Virus record (IMG/VR): IMGVR_UViG_3300033489_000026
Location: 1 to 39,527 of that record
DNA from: a virus
Taxonomy: Duplodnaviria > Caudoviricetes
Length of the DNA: 39,527 nt
Direction: 5' to 3' (one strand)
In this document: positions 37,133 through 39,527 of the stretch, piece after piece
Layout of the letters: the number at the start of each line of letters is the position of its first letter
Numbering within the stretch: the first letter of the stretch is position 1
The notes under the pieces: model-generated
The model's database searches: none
The model's input: the letters and a program-made list of their open reading frames with translations, nothing else
Told to the model about the DNA's origin: nothing
Made by a program: the position numbers and the translations under genes

Positions 37133-38886
37133 AAACTCCTCATTCCTCTACTTTGATAAACAAATTCAGGTTTTTCTTTTAATGCGTATGCAAACGCATT
37201 TATAATGGCAGATACCAAATCAATTCTTTGAGTATCTGATTTATAGCTTTTTGACAATCTAATATTTTCACCAGCATCTATTACCTCTATTGCATTTGAT
37301 AGACACCATATAAGTAATGGGTTTCCGTTATGTATTATTTTCCCCTGCAAAACTAATTCTCTAAATTTTTTTGTTGGTTCAGATAAAGTTTTTGCTCCCT
37401 GTCGTACCTCACACATCTGCTCATGTCTATAGCCACCATTTTTTTCGAGAGTTTGTATAAAATGAGACGCATTATATGGATCGAAGCAAAATTCCTGGAT
37501 TTTTATTCCTGCATTTAGTTCCGTGTCGTGAATGTATTGCTCAATAAAAGAGTAGTCCGTTACTGATCCTGGTGTCAATGTACAATACCCGTCATGCGCC
37601 CAATCGCGATACGGAACCCTATCAGAGTGCTCGTGCTCCTTCGCCCGTTCCTCTGGCATAAAACCATGCGCATCTATAGCACACCTACAATCGTCAAGTA
37701 TAAAAACCCAACCAACAGCAGCAAGGTCTGTTGTTTTTGCCAAATCTTGCCCGCACCAACATTTTCTATTCTTTATTAACGCAAAAAATTCCTCCTTTGA
37801 TACCGAGAGTTTTTTGTATCTATCCATGATGCCAGTCATAAATTTATGTTCCGAATCCGTTTGCCAACGATTCGCGCGCTTAATCAACCATTCTCTGATT
37901 TTTGAATAATCATTACTGTTATATGCATCATCATGCGCATTTTTAATTTCGTCGAACAACGTTTTGGCATATTGATTTCCTGATCGTAATATTGGGCTCG
38001 ATTTGTACCATTTAGCAGAATCATGTGGATCATCATCGTCGTCTAATTCACGGATCATTCCAAAATAACGATCGGAGTGCAATTCTCCTGATAATATTTT
38101 TCTGACATAGTCATCCTCTTTTTTACATGGTTTATTTTCTGCATCATCACCTGCCGTTGCTATTATAATTTCCAAACACTGTGCACGCTTTCCTTTTCCG
38201 CTACTTACCTTATCTTTTATTTTACTTGTAGGATGATCTTGATATTCGTCGACTATTATCAAACACGGCGATCCTCCGTCTTTGTTATCGGTCGCCTTGC
38301 TGAGTTTTTTAACAGATCCACCGCGTGTTTTGTGACTTATTGATCCCTTTTTAATATCAAGCCGCTTAGATATATCCGGACTGTTTATTGCCATTTCACG
38401 CGCATCACCCCAAACAATATTAGCCTGTCCCTTGTCAACAGCAACACAAACTACCTCGGGCGATGCCTCATATATAGCATTCTCTGGATTCCCTGGTATC
38501 CAATATGCATCGGCGCACATAAAATAATTTGCTATACCTGACATTTCTGTCGATTTAGTATTCCCGCGAGCTACCCTAATGTATGCATTTTTAAATCTGC
38601 GTTTACCACTATCAGCACAAACCCATCCAAATATACAACCAATGTCAAATATCTGCCAATCATCAAGTATAATCGGTTGTCCAGAAAATTCACCACGTAC
38701 ATGACGGCAAATTGAGAACCATTTTGCTATTCGATCGGCTTTGTCAGTATCAAATACATATGGGAATCCTGGTGAGCTAATGCGTTTTAAGTCATTTAGA
38801 TGGCGACTACACGCCTGTACCTCACATTTACATGCAGATATATCACCATAAACGATTTTTGTAGCGTACTCTGTTACTACATGCAT
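37129..38886 (-). CDS. terL: terminase large subunit
   Basis: VARGNTKST Walker A variant, IIVDEY Walker B, TAG, GQDLAKTTDL, FDPYNA, RIDLVSA. Confidence 0.96.
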   Translation of the reverse strand: MHVVTEYATKIVYGDISACKCEVQACSRHLNDLKRISSPGFPYVFDTDKADRIAKWFSICRHVRGEFSGQPIILDDWQIFDIGCIFGWVCADSGKRRFKNAYIRVARGNTKSTEMSGIANYFMCADAYWIPGNPENAIYEASPEVVCVAVDKGQANIVWGDAREMAINSPDISKRLDIKKGSISHKTRGGSVKKLSKATDNKDGGSPCLIIVDEYQDHPTSKIKDKVSSGKGKRAQCLEIIIATAGDDAENKPCKKEDDYVRKILSGELHSDRYFGMIRELDDDDDPHDSAKWYKSSPILRSGNQYAKTLFDEIKNAHDDAYNSNDYSKIREWLIKRANRWQTDSEHKFMTGIMDRYKKLSVSKEEFFALIKNRKCWCGQDLAKTTDLAAVGWVFILDDCRCAIDAHGFMPEERAKEHEHSDRVPYRDWAHDGYCTLTPGSVTDYSFIEQYIHDTELNAGIKIQEFCFDPYNASHFIQTLEKNGGYRHEQMCEVRQGAKTLSEPTKKFRELVLQGKIIHNGNPLLIWCLSNAIEVIDAGENIRLSKSYKSDTQRIDLVSAIINAFAYALKEKPEFVYQSRGMRSL

Positions 38887-38889
38887 CTG

Positions 38890-39465
38890 TTAGTCCCCAA
38901 ATAATTCTTTATTTGGATCTGCCTCTTTTGCTTTCCTACTTGGTATCGATCGTATTTTTGATAATGGATTTAAAAATAATCTATCTGAAAGTTTAAGCAT
39001 AAGTTCTATTTTTGCGTTTATTGCTTTGTCTAAAACAAGATCGCCTTGAACCGTAAGTAAAAAATTTATCTTAGACATAACGCCTTTTATTTCAGACGAA
39101 CCGAAATACTGCTCAAGCTCTGTTGATATCTCTGATATTTTTTCTTCAGCCGGTGGCACAATCGCTTTTATTGCTCTGCGATGCTCAAGCAGTTCAATAT
39201 ACTCTGAGTATGCGAAACAAAACATCTCAATAATATCATTATCAGAGGTTGTTACGAATTTTATATCGTGATCTACAAAAAACTCTGTAAGCTCAAGCCA
39301 TTTAAGGTGTGCATCGGGATTTTTTTTGATAGCCATTGATGCAAAAAATTTATGATCACCCATTGTGATTTCAGTTTCAGCCCGCTCCTCTCGGATTTTT
39401 TTTGTGATGTGATGAGATTTACCCGTAAAATCTATCAGCGCTAATGGTTTGGCAGTGTTTGGCAT
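38890..39465 (-). CDS. terS: terminase small subunit
   Basis: Directly upstream of terL; KP...HHITK; C-terminal DRLFLNPLSKIR. Confidence 0.8.
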   Translation of the reverse strand: MPNTAKPLALIDFTGKSHHITKKIREERAETEITMGDHKFFASMAIKKNPDAHLKWLELTEFFVDHDIKFVTTSDNDIIEMFCFAYSEYIELLEHRRAIKAIVPPAEEKISEISTELEQYFGSSEIKGVMSKINFLLTVQGDLVLDKAINAKIELMLKLSDRLFLNPLSKIRSIPSRKAKEADPNKELFGD

Positions 39466-39527
39466 AAATCATTGTCTTTCATAGTGTTGTAGTGTAGTTT
39501 GATCGCGGACATTTTTTCGCACAGAGC

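Noticed and set aside
20390-37779. Many plus-strand ORFs in the structural region
   Set aside because: Antisense shadows of well-supported minus-strand genes, with no recognisable motifs.

Overview
The window appears to be the essentially complete linear genome (~39.5 kb, AT-rich) of an HK97-type siphovirus, cut at or next to its cos site. Nearly all genes lie on the minus strand. From right to left: small and large terminase, portal, ClpP-type prohead protease, major capsid, head-tail joining genes, major tail protein, G/G-T tail chaperones, tape measure, tail tip genes and a displaced HNH nuclease (39465-19963); a tRNA-Ser(GCT) with an adjacent tRNA-like element; many small early ORFs; RecT and an exonuclease; a sigma-like factor, nucleases, dUTPase, an M23 peptidase, a 3TM holin and DUF5131; two tandem-repeat genes; a short plus-strand operon (holin-like, M15 endolysin, Cys-rich protein, spike-base-like protein); and an HTH regulator with a DUF4373 replication initiator. 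I recognise no integrase, CI repressor or reverse transcriptase. The most interesting non-coding signal is a pair of type II hammerhead-ribozyme-like elements (17547-17632 and 18161-18241) in an early operon, each directly upstream of a ribosome-binding site. Each looks defective alone, but their stem-I hairpins are mutually complementary, so they could assemble a composite ribozyme across the intervening gene. There are also two repeated promoter classes: TTGACA-17-TATGAT (3 copies) and TTGATAC-18-TATATTA (4 copies). Family calls come from motif recognition and synteny only; no searches were run.
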